The notes under the pieces were generated by a model. That model did not search any database, had not been told where the DNA came from, and saw nothing but the letters and a program-made list of their open reading frames with translations. From the NCBI GenBank assembly GCA_964016885.1, contig OZ024743.1, forward strand, positions 46,686,001 through 46,750,000: 64,000 bases of DNA, in the 5' to 3' direction. This stretch comes from Eledone cirrhosa (taxonomy: Eukaryota). A program made the position numbers and the translations under genes. Below are positions 1 through 15,100 of the stretch, piece by piece (the first letter of the stretch is position 1; each line of letters begins with the position of its first letter).

Positions 1-1344
1 GAAATCTATGCAGCTAGTAAAGAAATAAAGTTTTGACTAATAATTCACAGTAATTTGTACATTTTCAACTTTAATATTATTCTTATCATTATCTAGTGCT
101 GAAGTCTTGATAAAATATACCCAGTACACTCTGTAAAGTATTTGGCAATTGGAGACTTTGTCATCTCCTCAGATTGCTGAAGCTCACAGAGGAGATGACG
201 AAGGACCGTGACAAGTGTAGAGATGCTGTGCTGAACAGGACCCATCCCACCCTTGCAAGCAGGGAAAAGCGGACGTAAAATGATGACGATAATGTAGATA
301 GGGAAGAGAGGAGCTCTCCATTTAGTAGTGGTGCCGCAATTAAATACAGCCAGTACATCCTGTAAGCTGGTTGGCATCAGGCAGAGCATCCAGCTATAGA
401 AACCATGTCAAATAAGGAATGCATAAGATGTCACTCTGACCCATCTAGTCTCAGACTATGACAACTTATCCAGCTCATGCCAGCATAAAAAACAAGCATA
501 AAATGATAAGGATGATATCTGAGTATAAAATTTTTGTAGAAACAAAGTGATTAAGAAAATATATTGAACTACCAGCATAGATATATTCCACAAATATATC
601 TCTATGCTCATCAATACACTGACCTCTCAGAAATACATACCAAATAGACTGGAAAGATGAAAGGGGAAAATAATTTCAATAGGATATATCAATAGACTCA
701 TGTTTCATCAAGGAGAAGATTCATTTATGATTCTCATAGTCACATCAACCTATTTAACTGTTTTAAAGTGTTCATATCTTAAATTAATACCTTCCATCAT
801 AATTTTATGCAAGAAATTTTCTTTCACTTACATTCCAAACACCAGCTTTATAATCAATAAGTTAGTTATTCCTTCCAAATTCTTGCATATTTTCAAAATG
901 AATTGAAATACATAACTAAATTGGGGTAATATTAGTTACACATTTATAACCTTTTTTTTAAAAATTTATGTAATTGAAATGCTAACAAAATTAGATATAA
1001 TTTTTAATAATATTAACAAGCTGAAAATCTTAATCAAATTATAATTTATTATATTTTATCAAAATAACAACAGCTAACACATGTAAATAAAAAAAGTAAT
1101 AATACAAATACAATAACCATATAGGTAAATTAAAATCATAAAAAGCAAAAGAGAAGAATAAATATTAGTCTAAAAAAAAATTTAAATTAGAACAATCATT
1201 ATTAAAAAAGGGGTGAAAAAAAAATCAATTTATAATCATAAAATAAAACATCCATGATGGCGAAATACAACCTGGTAAAAAGAATATACATAATCAAAGT
1301 TTCAATTAAATATCTGACAACATTTCTTTTTTCAAGGAAAGGAA

Positions 1345-1560
1345 AGAAGTCAATCATCAGATCAGATTAAGGAAACTGTTTTCTTTTGTTTTTCTCATCA
1401 CTGATACTATCTGCCGATTGCAACTCTTGCTTTTCCTTGAACTTGAAATCACAGAACTGGAACAGATATATCACAAAATATATCCTCTGAAACTTTAACA
1501 ATTCCACCAATCCTGAACTGTGAGTAAGATGAGGTCTCTCTGACCTTCTGAACTGGTACA
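1345..1560 (-). mobile_element. Decayed RTE 3' end (zinc-finger-tailed type)
   Basis: 3' tail tttccttaatctgatctgatgattg is shared with the element at 34545-35480 (tttccttagttcgatctgatgattg). Confidence 0.5.
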
Positions 1561-2324
1561 TTTTTTTTTATCAACCTCAAAAGGATGAAAGACAAAATTG
1601 ATCTTGGCAGGATTTGAACAAGTGCAGAGAGTAAAAACAAATAACACAACATTTAATCCAGTGCTCTAACAACTCTTCAAATTCAAGTTTGTTTTGTTTT
1701 TTTCCTTTTAATTGTTCAATCTTATGGAAATAGAATGTTGGAGAAATCATCCATGGATAAATCATATTCATTTCTACCAACACCACCAGCCAATAATTTC
1801 CTTCGGTATGATTTCCATCATACTGTATTTATTTCATCATTATCAAATACAACTATCTTTCTACTGTTGAGGCTACAATAAATATACTCAAGTCTCCTTG
1901 TAATGTGGTTCACAAATGAGAAAATGTATAGTAACGAGGACTTTTTGTTTTTGTTGAGAACTTGACACTCTCTCTAGTGTTGGTGCTATGATAAAATACA
2001 CTCAGTATACTCTGTTAAGTGGTTGACAATGAAACAGAGAAAATAGAGATGGGGAAGACTCTTTAGTTACCAAGTACATGATAATATATTTAGTGTCCTG
2101 ATAAAATGCATTCAGTACACTGTAAAGTAGTTGATTTTGGAAGGGCATCTGGCCATAGAATCTATGCTAAAATATGGAACAAATGAACAACACATAGTTC
2201 TCCAATGATAACCCAGCCAACTCATGCCAGCAAGGAAATTTGTACATAAAGTGGTAATGACCTTTTCAATTTGTCATTATTCTAAACACTAACAATAATG
2301 AAATGAAATTTTAAAATTTACAGC

Positions 2325-2738
2325 TATGTAGGTGTAGCTGGCCTCATACAAGTCTGCATCTCATAGAAAGTTTCTTAGATGTTTTAACCTTTTAGCATTT
2401 AAACTGGCTGTATCTGGACAGAATTCTCTCACCTCTTTCTGTTCAAACTGGCTGTAAACGGTCACTTATACTGATGTTAAGGTATTATTCACAAAATAAA
2501 TAATAACAAAATCTCATAGATTTGATATTGTGAGATAATTATGTGAGATAAAGCCTTTACCATGAAAATACAATAGTATATATAGAGTAATGTAAATGCT
2601 AAAGGGTTAATGCCTTGAAAAGAAACATGAAATGAAATGTCTTGTTCAAGAACACAATGTGCTGCCTGGTCCAGGAATCAAACCCATTATTTTATGATTG
2701 AATCCTAACACCCTAACCTCCAGGCCAAGTGCCTTCAC
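2325..2738 (-). mobile_element. Old tRNA-derived CORE-type SINE interrupted by a TTAA MITE; related copies at about 3452-3700(+), 8620-8815, 13640-13922, 23280-23470, 24080-24320, 25250-25440, 25820-26068, 26220-26330
   Basis: Head gtgaaggcac.tggcct.g.ggttagggtgtt...gggtttgattcctgga and core gtgttcttga.caagaca.tt are repeated across copies. Confidence 0.7.
2384..2610. mobile_element. TTAA-flanked MITE (piggyBac-like ends)
   Basis: TTAA-ccttttagcattta ... taaatgctaaaggg-TTAA inverted termini; the host SINE continues on both sides. Confidence 0.8.
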
Positions 2739-4178
2739 TTATAGACTGTTTACCAATAATATTTGTATTATGAAGGCAGAGGCTAATGCTGAGATACTTA
2801 GATAAATGTAGATAGAATTCTCCAAAGATTTATTTTTTAAAAAAGCACTACAACTAACAGCAATACTTAATACAGTCACACCATATTATTCCTACACTTA
2901 TTCTCCAAAAAACCCACAAACACATATATTGATTGAATAAAGCAACATTATTATTTTAACCCATTTGACACCAACATGAGAGTGTCTCTGGTTCTATGAT
3001 ATAAGGCCTACAGTTTAAAATATTCATATTTAAATTAAAACTTTCCAACATAATTTTATGTTAAAAGATCAGTTTAATAATGAAAAAGTTGGTTATTTTT
3101 ATTACATTCTTCTAAATGTTAATAAAAACAGATAGACAGAGTATTTCATTAGAAATATAGTCACGAAATGGTTAATGCCTAACATAAAACTATTTGTCCA
3201 GGATTTCTGAAACTGTAATCTTAGCCTCAACATTCTTTCTCTCATGAAGAACAAATGTCCAAAACTTTGAACTTCACAGCAAACCAACACAATGTTATTG
3301 CCCCAGCATGGCAACAGTTCAATGATTGGGGTCCAGTAAAAGAGTAAAAAAATAAATGCTTTGTGTATTAATTTTTGCTAACACAAACTACCACTAGTTT
3401 CCTTGAATTCCCATATTACTAACTTATGTCATTTCTTATAGTTTAGATTTTTTTTGTGTGGTTAGTGAGCTGGAATCATGATTGTAAGGTCAGGATTTCG
3501 ATGCCCACATTGTGTCCTGAAGCACGGCACTTTATATCATATTGCTTCAGTCCATTCAGCCGAAAGAAAATGAGTTATCTGAAGACTAGTGTCAAGCTAT
3601 ATCAGCCTTTTCCTTTCACTTGGACAATAAATATCAGTAGAGTGGAGAGGGGAAATTTGTATACATAAGTGACTGCTGTTCTTCCACACTCTCAGTGAGG
3701 CAAACTCATGGCCAGTCAGTCACTGGTACATAAACCATAGCTAGTCATGAGTAAAAGGGTCCACAGTTTATATTTATATAGACTCCCATATATAGCACCA
3801 CCAGATCGAGACATGTTAGTACACACACTCTCTCTCTATCTCTTTTTTTTACAAGTAAGAATGTAATATGAATATTTAGTTCTTCATAAAACTGATATAC
3901 TATAGCAGAGATGTTTGCAACATATGTGCATGCATGTATGTATGTCTACACAAATGTGTCAATATACCCACTCACATACATGAAACAATGTGGAAGTTTA
4001 GCAATAAAATTTTTAAAACAAACTTTTCTATAATAAAATTTAAAAAAATATCTTGTGTCTGGGGAAAAAACATGTGCTAATGACTATCAGTAGTGATTTA
4101 TTTCACTGATGCATGTTTTTGTTTTATCAACTGGACTTCACTTTTTTTTTCTTTTTATTTTTTTTAAATATATATTCA

Positions 4179-4425
4179 TTAACCCTTTTGATACCAACAC
4201 AGCCAAAACCAGCTATGGTTCTATGAAACAAAACTAGCCATTTTAAAGGGTTCCAATTTAGATTAAAACCTTGCAACATAATTTTATTAAAAGATCCTCA
4301 ATTTCTGTTACAAATGCTATTTTAATAATGAACTAACTAATAATTTGAGTAAATCCTTCCAAATTCTTCATTAGGTGATTGAATTACATTTTATGATATT
4401 AGAAATATGGTCACGAAAGGGTTAA
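4179..4425. mobile_element. Abundant 150-260 bp TTAA-CCCTT...AAGGG-TTAA MITE family; other copies about 2956-3175, 6318-6525, 8148-8301, 9965-10178, 13150-13397, 16091-16294, 21897-22128, 22726-22945, 23838-24040, 24353-24580, 27051-27244, 31823-32057, 32054-32313
   Basis: Shared termini TTAACCCTTTTGATACC and AAAGGGTTAA and shared internal words (ctggttctatga, ccaaattcttcatt, attagaaatatggt). Confidence 0.8.
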
Positions 4426-4778
4426 TATAAAAAGGAAGGACAGTGCTCATGCATTTCCAGACCTTCCTATAGGCTGTGTGTGTGAGACAGAGAGAGAGAA
4501 AGAGAGAGAGTGTGTGTAAATGAATTAGAAAGACTGTGATTCTATTACAATCCTCAAATCACACTAATGCATTATAAAAAACATCATTAAATTTTACATC
4601 ATTTGTAAGTACATTTGAAAACTAATTTGAAAAATCATGGGTTATATATTGATATTTAGTTGGGGGCTTTTTTTCATCTCTAAATGTCCATTTTGTCTTT
4701 TATTTTTAAACAAAAACAAATTTATTTGTTAATCAACAATTTGGTTTTATTAAATATAATTAGCTCAAGAAAGAATTA

Positions 4779-4995
4779 TTAACTCTTAATGCCCTGTACT
4801 GCATGAAATTGCATTAGCAAAACATTCTTGAAAAGTACGAATCAGCACTATGACTGCATCACATAAAAAATTGCCTTTACTTAAATTTACAACAAATGTT
4901 CACAAGAATCTCCACTAAAGATAATATAAATATTTGAATTAGCAAACCCATTTTTAATATTTTTGGCTGAATTATTGCAGGATGCTAAGAGTTAA
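4779..4995. mobile_element. Second TTAA MITE family (another copy at 15181-15378)
   Basis: TTAACTCTTAATGCCCTG ... CAGGATGCTAAGAGTTAA termini; both copies share attcttgaaaagtac and cactatgact. Confidence 0.65.
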
Positions 4996-5234
4996 TTTTG
5001 TTATTCTTTTACTATACATGTGATTGTTTTTATTACGTATGTAACTTGCTAAAATTTTAACTGGATTAGAACCAATGAATTTTAAGAGAAATTAATTTTC
5101 AGGAAACTATACTAAGTATTTAAAGCTGAAATTCTATTAATTCTAAAATGCTAATAGAGTAAAAATAAAAGTATCATCACTGTGGCAGAAGTCAATTGAA
5201 ATAAACTTTCAAACTATTAAAATATAATTGTATA

Positions 5235-5393
5235 ATGAAGTTCATAGAAAATATAAGAAATTCAGACACAGAAATAACTGTACAGTCGGCTGCTATAAAT
5301 AAAAGCTGATTTTCTAAGCTATTATTTATAGCAACCAACTGTATTTACAGTTATTTCTGCATCTGAGTTTCTTACACTTTCTATGAACTTCAT
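5235..5393. repeat. About 160 bp imperfect fold-back (palindromic MITE-like)
   Basis: atgaagttcatagaaa...cagaaataactgta is mirrored by tacagttatttctg...tttctatgaacttcat. Confidence 0.85.
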
Positions 5394-5519
5394 AATTCTT
5401 CAACGCTTCAAAATTTCTATGCTTTATATATAATTGAATAATGTTAGTTTATTGTGCTTCAAACAATAAAACCAAAGAAGACATGGCACAATAATTCCAA
5501 AGACCTAAAAAAAAAAAGG

Positions 5520-5876
5520 CAGCTTAATATCGTATGCAAAGAGGCAGACAACCGTGCATAGAGCCAGGAAGGTTAGCAACTTATAATATACCGACTATAT
5601 GTGAGGAACTAAGTTCTATGTAAGTAATATCAGGTCAGTCCAATAACATAGAAAACAGGCCAGCTGGTTGCCCACCAAGAGGCCTGATATGCTGCAATTT
5701 GCAAGCCACTGCTGACATCATCATCCCCCACATGGTATCAACATATCTATCATGAATCCAACAGGTAATGTGGGTCGCGTATAGGGCTCATTAACCATCA
5801 CAGACAGACATCCACCCAATGAAGCCCAGAGGGCAAGATTTGTTGTTGGCAATGACTTAATCCATCATCATCATCA
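5520..5876 (+). mobile_element. Decayed RTE LINE 3' end with C-terminal zinc-finger remnant
   Basis: Reads CGSRIGLINHHRQTSTQ*, followed by a short UTR and a (CAT)n tail. Confidence 0.6.
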
Positions 5877-6728
5877 AGTAAGAGAAGAAAAAGGATAAAT
5901 AGACATCCATAATTTAGGTGATGAGTGTTCTAATTAATTATTCAATCAACAGAACAGTCTGCTCAAGAAATTAACATGTAAGTGGCTGAGCATTTCACAA
6001 GCAAATGCACCCTTAATATAATTCTCAGGAAGATTCCACATCACATAGCATATGACAAGGCTGACCCTTTGAATAACAGGTACAATTCAACCAACAAGCT
6101 ATTGAGCAGCTTTCATCTACATGGCTATGGAAAAGATACCTAAGAGTGGGATTTTTAATCAACCGGTCAAACTACACAGGGAAAAAAAACAATTCATATA
6201 TCTCTTTTTCAAATGTTTGCAAGCAGATTTTTCTTCTCCAATTATTCACAAACAAAGTAATACAATCCTGATATATTTTATAATCTGCCTTTTATACAAA
6301 TACAAAACCCTGTTATCTTAACCCTTTTCTTACGAAACCACCTGAAACACTCCTCTGGTTCTATGATATAAAATTGTTGTTTTAAAGCATTTATATTTAT
6401 CTAAAAACATTCCATCATAATTATATGTAAGCACCTTCGTTAAGTTATGTTCCAAACACAAGCTTAACAAATACCTCCAAATTCTAAATTATTTGAATTA
6501 AAAAATATGGTAATGAAAGGGTTAATGGAAAGTTACTGAATTATTCAAATATCATACCAGATAGAATTTTGAAAAAGGCAAAATTAACTACAAATGGTAG
6601 CATAGAGCAGAACATAACATTTGACATGAAAAATATACTTTGTATTGCTGTAAATTAATTTTGGGGCTAAAAATCCAACTTGACAGGGAAAATATGTCAT
6701 CATACATTGAAAAAAACAATAACATTTG

Positions 6729-7034
6729 CTACCACAGTAGGCTATTGAGTATTACCTCCAACAACTGAACCCCCTGTCACCTTCACCTTGGTGGCTTCCA
6801 TGTACATTGCAATGCTCTCCTCCTACCACAGTAGGCTATTGACTACTACCTCTAACAACTGAACCCCCCCCCCCCGTCACCTTCACCTTGGGCTCACATT
6901 GGTGGCTTCCATGTACATTGCAATGCTCTCCTCCTACCACAGTAGGCTTTTGACTAGTACCTCTAACAACTGAACCCCCCTGTCACCTTCACCTTGGTGG
7001 CTTCCATGTACATTGCAATCCTCTCCTCCTACCA
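6729..7034. repeat. Minisatellite, about 3 copies of a 94-111 bp unit
   Basis: Unit ctaccacagtaggct...ccatgtacattgcaatgctctcctc starts at 6729, 6823 and 6934, with a partial start at 7029. Confidence 0.9.
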
Positions 7035-10000
7035 ACTATCAGTTCATATAATTATAATAATGTGGTTGGTGATCAAATCGAGGTAATATAGAGTAATGAG
7101 GAGTATTCAGTCTGACAACCTCCAAGTACTGGTGCCATGATAAAATGCACCAATAAACTTTTTAAAGTAGTAGTGCTGGTGCAATAATAAAATGCACCCA
7201 GTACACTCTGTACAATGCAACCACCACACCCTGTAAGATGGTTGGCATTAGAAAGGGCATCCAAATGTAGAAACCAAAGATGGAGCATATGAGCAAGTTG
7301 GAAAACAAGCATTGAATAATGATGGTGATTTAAACAGATTGTGTGACTTGGTTACACGGTTGATAAACAGAACTAAAAAAGCTTTCAAAAACATGATTAG
7401 TTATAAACACTGATATTGTCGTTGTCTAGGAATTTTAACTTGTAAATTCTTCCAGTATAAAACTATATACTTTTTAAATACATATTATATGTGAGTGTGT
7501 GTAAGGTAATTACAAGAAGAAATACCAATAAGTTCTCTTGTACCTTTGTAAAGAGAGTTTTACTCAGACTACTAGGACCATTAAAAACTTTAAAGATAGC
7601 AATTCAATATTTGTGTTATTTTTATTTTTTTATATACTCTCCAATCTGCACTGCTGTGGCCTTCTATACAGGCACATATTTTCATATATTCTGCAATGCT
7701 TCAAGCCAACTACAGCATTACACACATAATAATTTTGATTCATGTTTTCAAACAGCATTGCAAAGCAATATTTATTTAACGCCCATATTTTCATGTTGGT
7801 ATGGGTTGTATTATATAAATTATACATTTCAAGACCATTTCACAACTTCATCCCTATCAGATTGGAGGGCCATATATTAGTTTTTACCAGGAGGATGACT
7901 GAGATAAAGTAAAACCTGCCTTACACCATTTGAATATATTACAAATAATAATCCACCACATACCTTCATTATATATTTAATTACAATTAGATATGTTATT
8001 TAAACCAGAGCAACATACACTTCATCAAGCATGTAATCTAAAATAACCAGCATTAATTTTAGCTCATTACTGATACAACTAAGAACTAATTTAAGTTTTT
8101 ACACAAAGTAACATTTCCAAAAATACATATATATGAAAAGATCCATCTTAACCCTTTTGATACTAAACTGCCTGGACCCACCTCTGGTTTTAGGTTACAA
8201 AACACTTTCTATATATCTAAAAACCTTCCATCTTAATTTTTTTCAAAATTGAATATGAAAGGTAGTTTATTTCATTAGAAATATGGTAACAAAAGGGTTA
8301 AATAAATCACTCTTTATATCACACTTTGTTGCTGATATGGCTCATTCCTCATAGGTTCAACTAGCCTCCTGTAAAGCTGCATCACATAGGCCATTTGGAT
8401 GTTTCAATGATAGGTGCCAGAATCTATCATGATCACACTTTGTGCATGTGTTGAAAGATTTAACATTTTTATTTTTATAAGTGACTTAAATCCATTTCTA
8501 AGTTTAGCATAAAATTATACAATTAATAGCAGTGTCTCAGCATAGCCACTGCCCACATACTAGAACAGGTAAAAGAGTATTTTCTGAGGAAATAGCGAAA
8601 TGAAAAAAAAAATTAAATTTACAGCTCATGCCTATGTATGTTTAGCTGGCCCCTTTCCAGATTGCATTGCATAGGAAGTTTCTCAGGTGATTTAATGATA
8701 GGGGCCTTAGTCCTATCATGAAAAATAACATAAAATGAAACATTTTGCTCAAGAACCCAACACACTGCCCAATTCATCACAAATCCAATGCCATAACCAC
8801 TAGGCCACACACCATCATAAGATATTTATAGCTACAAATATATATCTATAATGCTATTATATTTGAAATGTTATAATGATATTTATCAATATAATTGTAG
8901 ACTAAAATAGCAATTGTTATTTCTCCTAAAACAATACAAAGAATCAAGGGAAAGAAACCAAAATAATATAAAAGAATAAAAATTTAGTTAATTCAAAACA
9001 TAACAAATAAATTTTTAGAAGAAAGAAAACAAATTAAAAAGAAAAAACATGTGCTATTATCTAATGATTTCTAACATTGACACAAGGCTACATTTTGGAG
9101 AAGGGGTTTCTTCCATTGACCCAAGTAGTTGACAGGTACTTATTTTATTGTTCTAAAAAAATGAAAGGCAAAAAGAAAGGAAAACAAATCAACCCTACTG
9201 TGATTTCAACTGAAAACATAAAGCAACATGATTAAATATTGCAAAGCATATTGGCAGGCACTTCACCAATCTACTACTATCACTATTGTTTGCTATTATC
9301 TAACTATAACATACATACTTGCTAAATAAGAAGCTAGTTAGCAATATCAAAAACATCAAATATATTCTGAAAATATCTTAACTGTATAATATGTTTTGAC
9401 TGTGTATTCAGTTTAAAATAGGTACACCACATCCCTGTGTGTTGGAAGGTTTGAGGGTCAGGAAGGGTATTCAACTGTAAAACCTTACCTCATAAAAGAC
9501 TCCATATCATGGGGCCCACATAAATAGCCTCAAAATGCCCAAACAATTTATCCTTAAAACATTATAAAATATGACAAATATCAAGTTAAGAAGTGTATCC
9601 ATAGAAAAGTAGTTTAAGAAATCGAAAAAAATAAGTACTGGATCGATATGATCAACCAATGTCTCAGCATGACCACAGTCTAATGACTGAAGCCAGTAAA
9701 ACAATAAAACTATGGACAGTATTACTTCATTATGATACCTCCATCTAGAACTTGTATGGAAAAATTATTATTTACGTAATAATAGATTGTATGTCTATAA
9801 TTCCATCATTAAAATTTCATGGCATAAGATATATAAAAACTATACATCATATAAAAATTGAATAATGATAGAATTTATACAGAAAAGTTTTTAAAAGAAA
9901 GTATGTTCTTTTCTATTATAATTTTTTTTTTTTTTTTTTTTTTCATTTGTTATCAGTTCCCTCTTTACGCTTTTGATACCAACCTACCACACCTGTTTCT

Positions 10001-10522
10001 ATGAAACAAAACCATTCGTTTTAATGAGTTTTTATTTAAATTAAAATCTTCCAACATAACTTGATATTAGAACCTTTTGTTTGTTACAAATACCATCTTA
10101 AGTAAATCCCTCTGAATTCTTAATTAATTAATCGAAATGCAGTGTATTTCATTAGAAATATGGTCACGGAAGGGTTAAGTCAATGATAAATATCAAAAAC
10201 TACAAAATATTTTGGACAAATTCAAATACTGAATAATAACACCATGATTTTATCATCTATGTGAGAGTACTATGAAGAATAGAGAATAGTGCTGGTCCAA
10301 AATGGCAAGACAAGCAGTCACAATAAATATCTAAAAGGATTGCAATATCAGCAAATACACCAATTTTGAAACAATGAATCCTACATATACAGATATTAGC
10401 TACATATAGCTTTTTAGACATGCACACTTTCAACTAGAGAATGAAATAAGAAGAAACCACATAAAGGATAACACATCAAGCAGCAACTTGTGCACAATAT
10501 GTAAACAACAAAAACTGCAAAT

Positions 10523-10782
<260 letters not shown>

Positions 10783-11011
10783 ACAAGATTAGCAAGGGGA
10801 GTGATTCTGTTGAGAAAAGTAGGTTCTAATAGCGGCACAAGTGTTAACGGTCTAGAGGAATAACACCATAGCGATGGATTGACAACCTGAAGTGGTGGAC
10901 AGGACTTGCTGAAGGAGTGCTGGCCCACCAAGCTCAGAACCAAACTTGGAGAAAACTTGCAGACCAGGCAGTTGTCTTCGACCCACTTCACGAAGTGGGT
11001 CACACATAATG
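10783..11011 (+). mobile_element. 5'-truncated RTE (BovB-like) 3' end
   Basis: Reads SRGITP*RWIDNLKWWTGL...AQNQTWRKLA, resembling the RTE C-terminal RGRP..RW.D motif; abuts a TA array. Confidence 0.6.
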
Positions 11012-12068
11012 AGGCAGCCCACTGTTAAAATAATGATACACAAATGAGCAGCTGGGTGAAAACTGACTTTTATGTTCAACAAATTGCTTATATTTAATCC
11101 AATAGCAAATATAGATGCCCAGGACACTGGAACATATGTAAAGATGCTTCATTAAAAAAAAAAAACCTAAGTAGGTTACCTAAAGTTAATTGTCAACATT
11201 TCTTGCATTTAGTTTCATACTTTGAAATACAAGTGGATTTAACAAAGAGAGTGGGTGGTGTCTTTTAGTTCAATCATTTTTTTTTTTTCATCTCCAGCCA
11301 ATATTTACCAACAGAAATATTAAGGCATGCAAATAAATCATTGGTGTACTATAATTAATAAAGCCTGATGTAACACTACAAATATAAGCAAGAAAGAATT
11401 TTTAAAAAAAATGAAAGTTCAACAAAAGTTTCTGTTTTATAATGATAATTTGTTCGTAGGATAGCCAAGGTTTTACATTTAACATTTTTATTTACATAAA
11501 GTAAAGTTGAACTGAACAAATTAAATATCTTTTTCTAATCTTAACTATATGATTATATAAAAACAGTTTGTTTTTTTATTTATTAGAATAGCTTTGATAT
11601 TTATATATAGATATATCATTCATAAAACATAATTAAAAGTGCAATATAAAAAAAAAAAAAGAGGAGGACAGTAAACACTACATTAGGAAAGTGGTCAGTA
11701 TCAACCACTAGGGGGTTGGTTGGACTTTTGGGTCCAAACCAGGCATTTGTATAAGAAATGAAAATACATAAAATAATACAATAAACAGGTTTGTAATTTA
11801 TATAATTAATTGTTTCTACTTTTGGCACAAGGCCAGCAATTATCCCAGTGCATTACTGGTACTTTATTTTATCGACCCCGTAAGGATGAAAGGCAAAGTT
11901 AACCGTTTCTGATTTATATATAATTAGTCTTTATTGTCTATTATTTTATATTCTCTTTACTGATTTATTTATTTACTTATTTATCTTTGTACATGCATGG
12001 GGTCAATGAGGGGTCAAGGATTCCATGAAGGGTTCAATTATCTAAATGTTTAGGGATCCATGCCTTAC

Positions 12069-12115
12069 ATCCTCAACTGGACAGCTTATCTCAGCTGCTC
12101 CACATTGACAAAATC
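12069..12115 (-). CDS. Candidate 47-nt micro-exon of the same gene
   Basis: taatttcag|GA TTT TGT CAA TGT ... GAG GAT|gtaagg. Open in phase 1 (GFCQCGAAEISCPVED); no homology recognised. Confidence 0.25.
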
Positions 12116-15100
12116 CTGAAATTATTGCCATAAAGAACAGCCAAGGATATCAATGGAACCAAGGACACCAGATCACAATGGCAACCAGCACAAATTCATA
12201 TAATTAATTTTTTTTATGATCTACATAGTTGTTTAGCTTTAAATACTAATTATTTTCAATTAGTAATGACATATCTAATCTAAAAAGAAAAAAAAATGAG
12301 TATAACTGGAAAATTTCTGATCAAAAGCAAAGTATTGGCACATATATTCTTGTATATTTCAACTCATTTACTACTGAAATTTGATTGCATAAATAAGGTA
12401 AAAAATCTAGTGTCTAGGCAAATTCAATATAATGTCCACAAATAGCTTAGAAATAGATGATTTTTCAAAAGCAAACATTTAATTTCTATGCTTTATATGG
12501 TGATTTTCCAGGGTCGGTTTAGTAACCTTATGGAGTAATGATTGAGGCACCACTAAAAAACAGATCTTCATACTGTGAATGAAAGAAAAACTACACTGGT
12601 GTGATTTTCTGTTGTCTTGCCCAAGCTCATCAGAGTAAGGTGATAAATGTTATAAATTTATATGAAAAATAAATGTATTATGTTTTGTTTTCCATAAATA
12701 AAACATGGTATATAATCTATTAGTAATGCATATATAATGATTATATGTGTTAGTAATGTATAACACCTATTATGAGAAGTAACAAAACGTTTGTACTAAT
12801 TCTTTAGCTTTGTATAAAAAGATAAGGATCAAATGTAGGGAGGCAAAATATTTTCTAATTAATCGTTTGGTTTTTTGGGGGTTTTTTTATTACTTTTGGC
12901 AGCAAAAAGATTTTAATATCAGTAAAAAATATACTTCTAGCAATGAGATATTATGTTTGCTTAATTGTAAATATACAAAATATTTATAATTTATAATTAC
13001 ACTTATCTTTTAAATATAATTATTCATAAATAAATTTAGTATTGTTTGATAGATTTATTAAAATACAAAATATTATTTAAATTCAACTTTCTATCGTGAA
13101 CAGATTATAATAAGCCATTAAAATGGCCTTTGCTTAAAAATAGTGTGTATTTATCTCTTTTCATATCAATCTGACCAAGACAGCCTCCAGTTTTATAATA
13201 TAAAACGGCCCATTTGGAAATGTTCATATTCAAATTAAAATTTTACTTCATAATATTTTGTTAAATTATATTCCAAACACTAGATAAATACTAACAAACA
13301 GTTATTTTACTAAACCTCTCGAAATCTTTTATTATTTTTTAAATTAATTTGAAAACATAGGCAGTATATCTCATCAAAAATATAATGAAAGGATTAATAA
13401 ATAATCTTAAATTAACAAATATATAACTAGAACGATTATAGCATCACCTTTTTTTTTAACACTATAATGACAGTTGCTATCAACTATATACCATCAGTTG
13501 AGAAAGAAAAATTTTAATCTAAGTGAATATCTGAATCTATATAATTTACGAAGAAATAGATTTAATAATCATGCTGCGCAATAAATGTTTTAAAATAATT
13601 TGATGAGGGAAGCGAAATTTGACTTGTTGCTGTTGGTATACACTTATATCAGTTTAGCAAACCCCCTACAAGGTTGCAATCACACAAGTTTCTCAGTTGT
13701 TTTTAATGACAGGGACCCCAGTCTTATCAGAAGAAGACTCCCCTATAGACCGAACACCAATCCATTGCAGGAGTTAACCTCCATCCCACCCCAGCTGCTA
13801 CTGGTATTCATTTTCTTTTTCTTTTTCAGCTGAGTAAACTCATGTAACATGAAATGGAGCATCTTGCTCAAAGACACACCTTATGATCATAAGTCCAACA
13901 CCCTAACCACTAGGCCATGTGCGAGAGATAAATATTTCCCAATGCTTCAGATTTCCTTAGCAGAATTCTGCTTCAAATGTATTCCTCAGTGATCATCATT
14001 CATCAATTTCAGTAACAATTCCAAATTATAAAATCTAAAAAAAAAAAGGAATGAAAACCAGCCAATTGTGAAACAGGACCAAGGAAACAATTTTTCCATT
14101 GGAATTTCTCCATTGCTCCTACTATCTGTTGATCACAACTCCTAGCAGAAAGACACAGGATTTGAACCTGCATGAGATGCTGCAAAACATCCCATTCTTT
14201 AATAATTCAGTTAGTCCACCATACCTGAACTGGTACTTTATTTATTAACTCCAAAAGAATGAAAGGCAAACTTGAACTCAAAGCTCAGAGCTGGAACAAA
14301 TTCCTAGGCATTTAATCCAATGCTCTAACAACAACTTTGCCAATCTGCTCTATACAAATGCCAATCTGCCACCTCAAATCTCAAGAAGTGATCATTAATA
14401 GTTAAATTTCAATCTATAAAAAGACATTATATTTAAAACAATTTCATACTTAAGCACAAGACCAATAGTTGAAAGGAAATAGTATTATCAGCTTCAACCT
14501 TAGCATATAACTGGTACTTATTTTATCAACCCCCAGACAAAAGACTGATATCACTGGAGTTTTAAACTCTGACCTAAAAGAAATATGACTGAAGACTAAA
14601 TGGAATCATGCTCTACTATTTCAGCTAATTAAATGATTCTAAAATACTAACATATATTAATTAGTAACCATTGTTAATGAATTAATAGGAAATCTGAAAC
14701 TAGTAAGACCAGAAAAGTTTTGGTCAAATGCTTTGAAAAATTCTAGTGAGATCAACAGACACTGTCAAAACAAATTTAACATTTCAAGAATGGCTGCTTT
14801 TCAGAATATATTGTAGAATAATTTCTCTTTCTTGTAATGCTCTAACATTGCCCTTTTTATTGCTCTTTACTAAAATGCTTATTGTCAATTCAGACCACAA
14901 CCAGTTTCTTCAAATTCTAGCCTTCAAGAAAAATAAAATTGTTAAGAGTTATAGCCTGGGAGGGAGCAGAAATAATTAGCAGCAAATTTTGATCATCAAG
15001 AAAATTAAAGAAAAACAAAATTGGTAAGTTTCACATATCTAGAGTTATGAAAAGTATGTAATATTTTAAGTAATAGATTATATATGTGAACCTAGTAAAA

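Noticed and set aside
12600-12640. CUGAUGA...GAAA on the minus strand as another hammerhead
   Set aside because: Stem II does not abut GAAA and no stem I/III pairing. CTGATGA at about 17765, 30407, 38175 and 57884 is simply the RT (Y/F)ADD codons.
13930-14035. Possible minus-strand exon after a poly-T acceptor
   Set aside because: Early stops in the frames checked, no donor found and no similarity to the expected HMG region.
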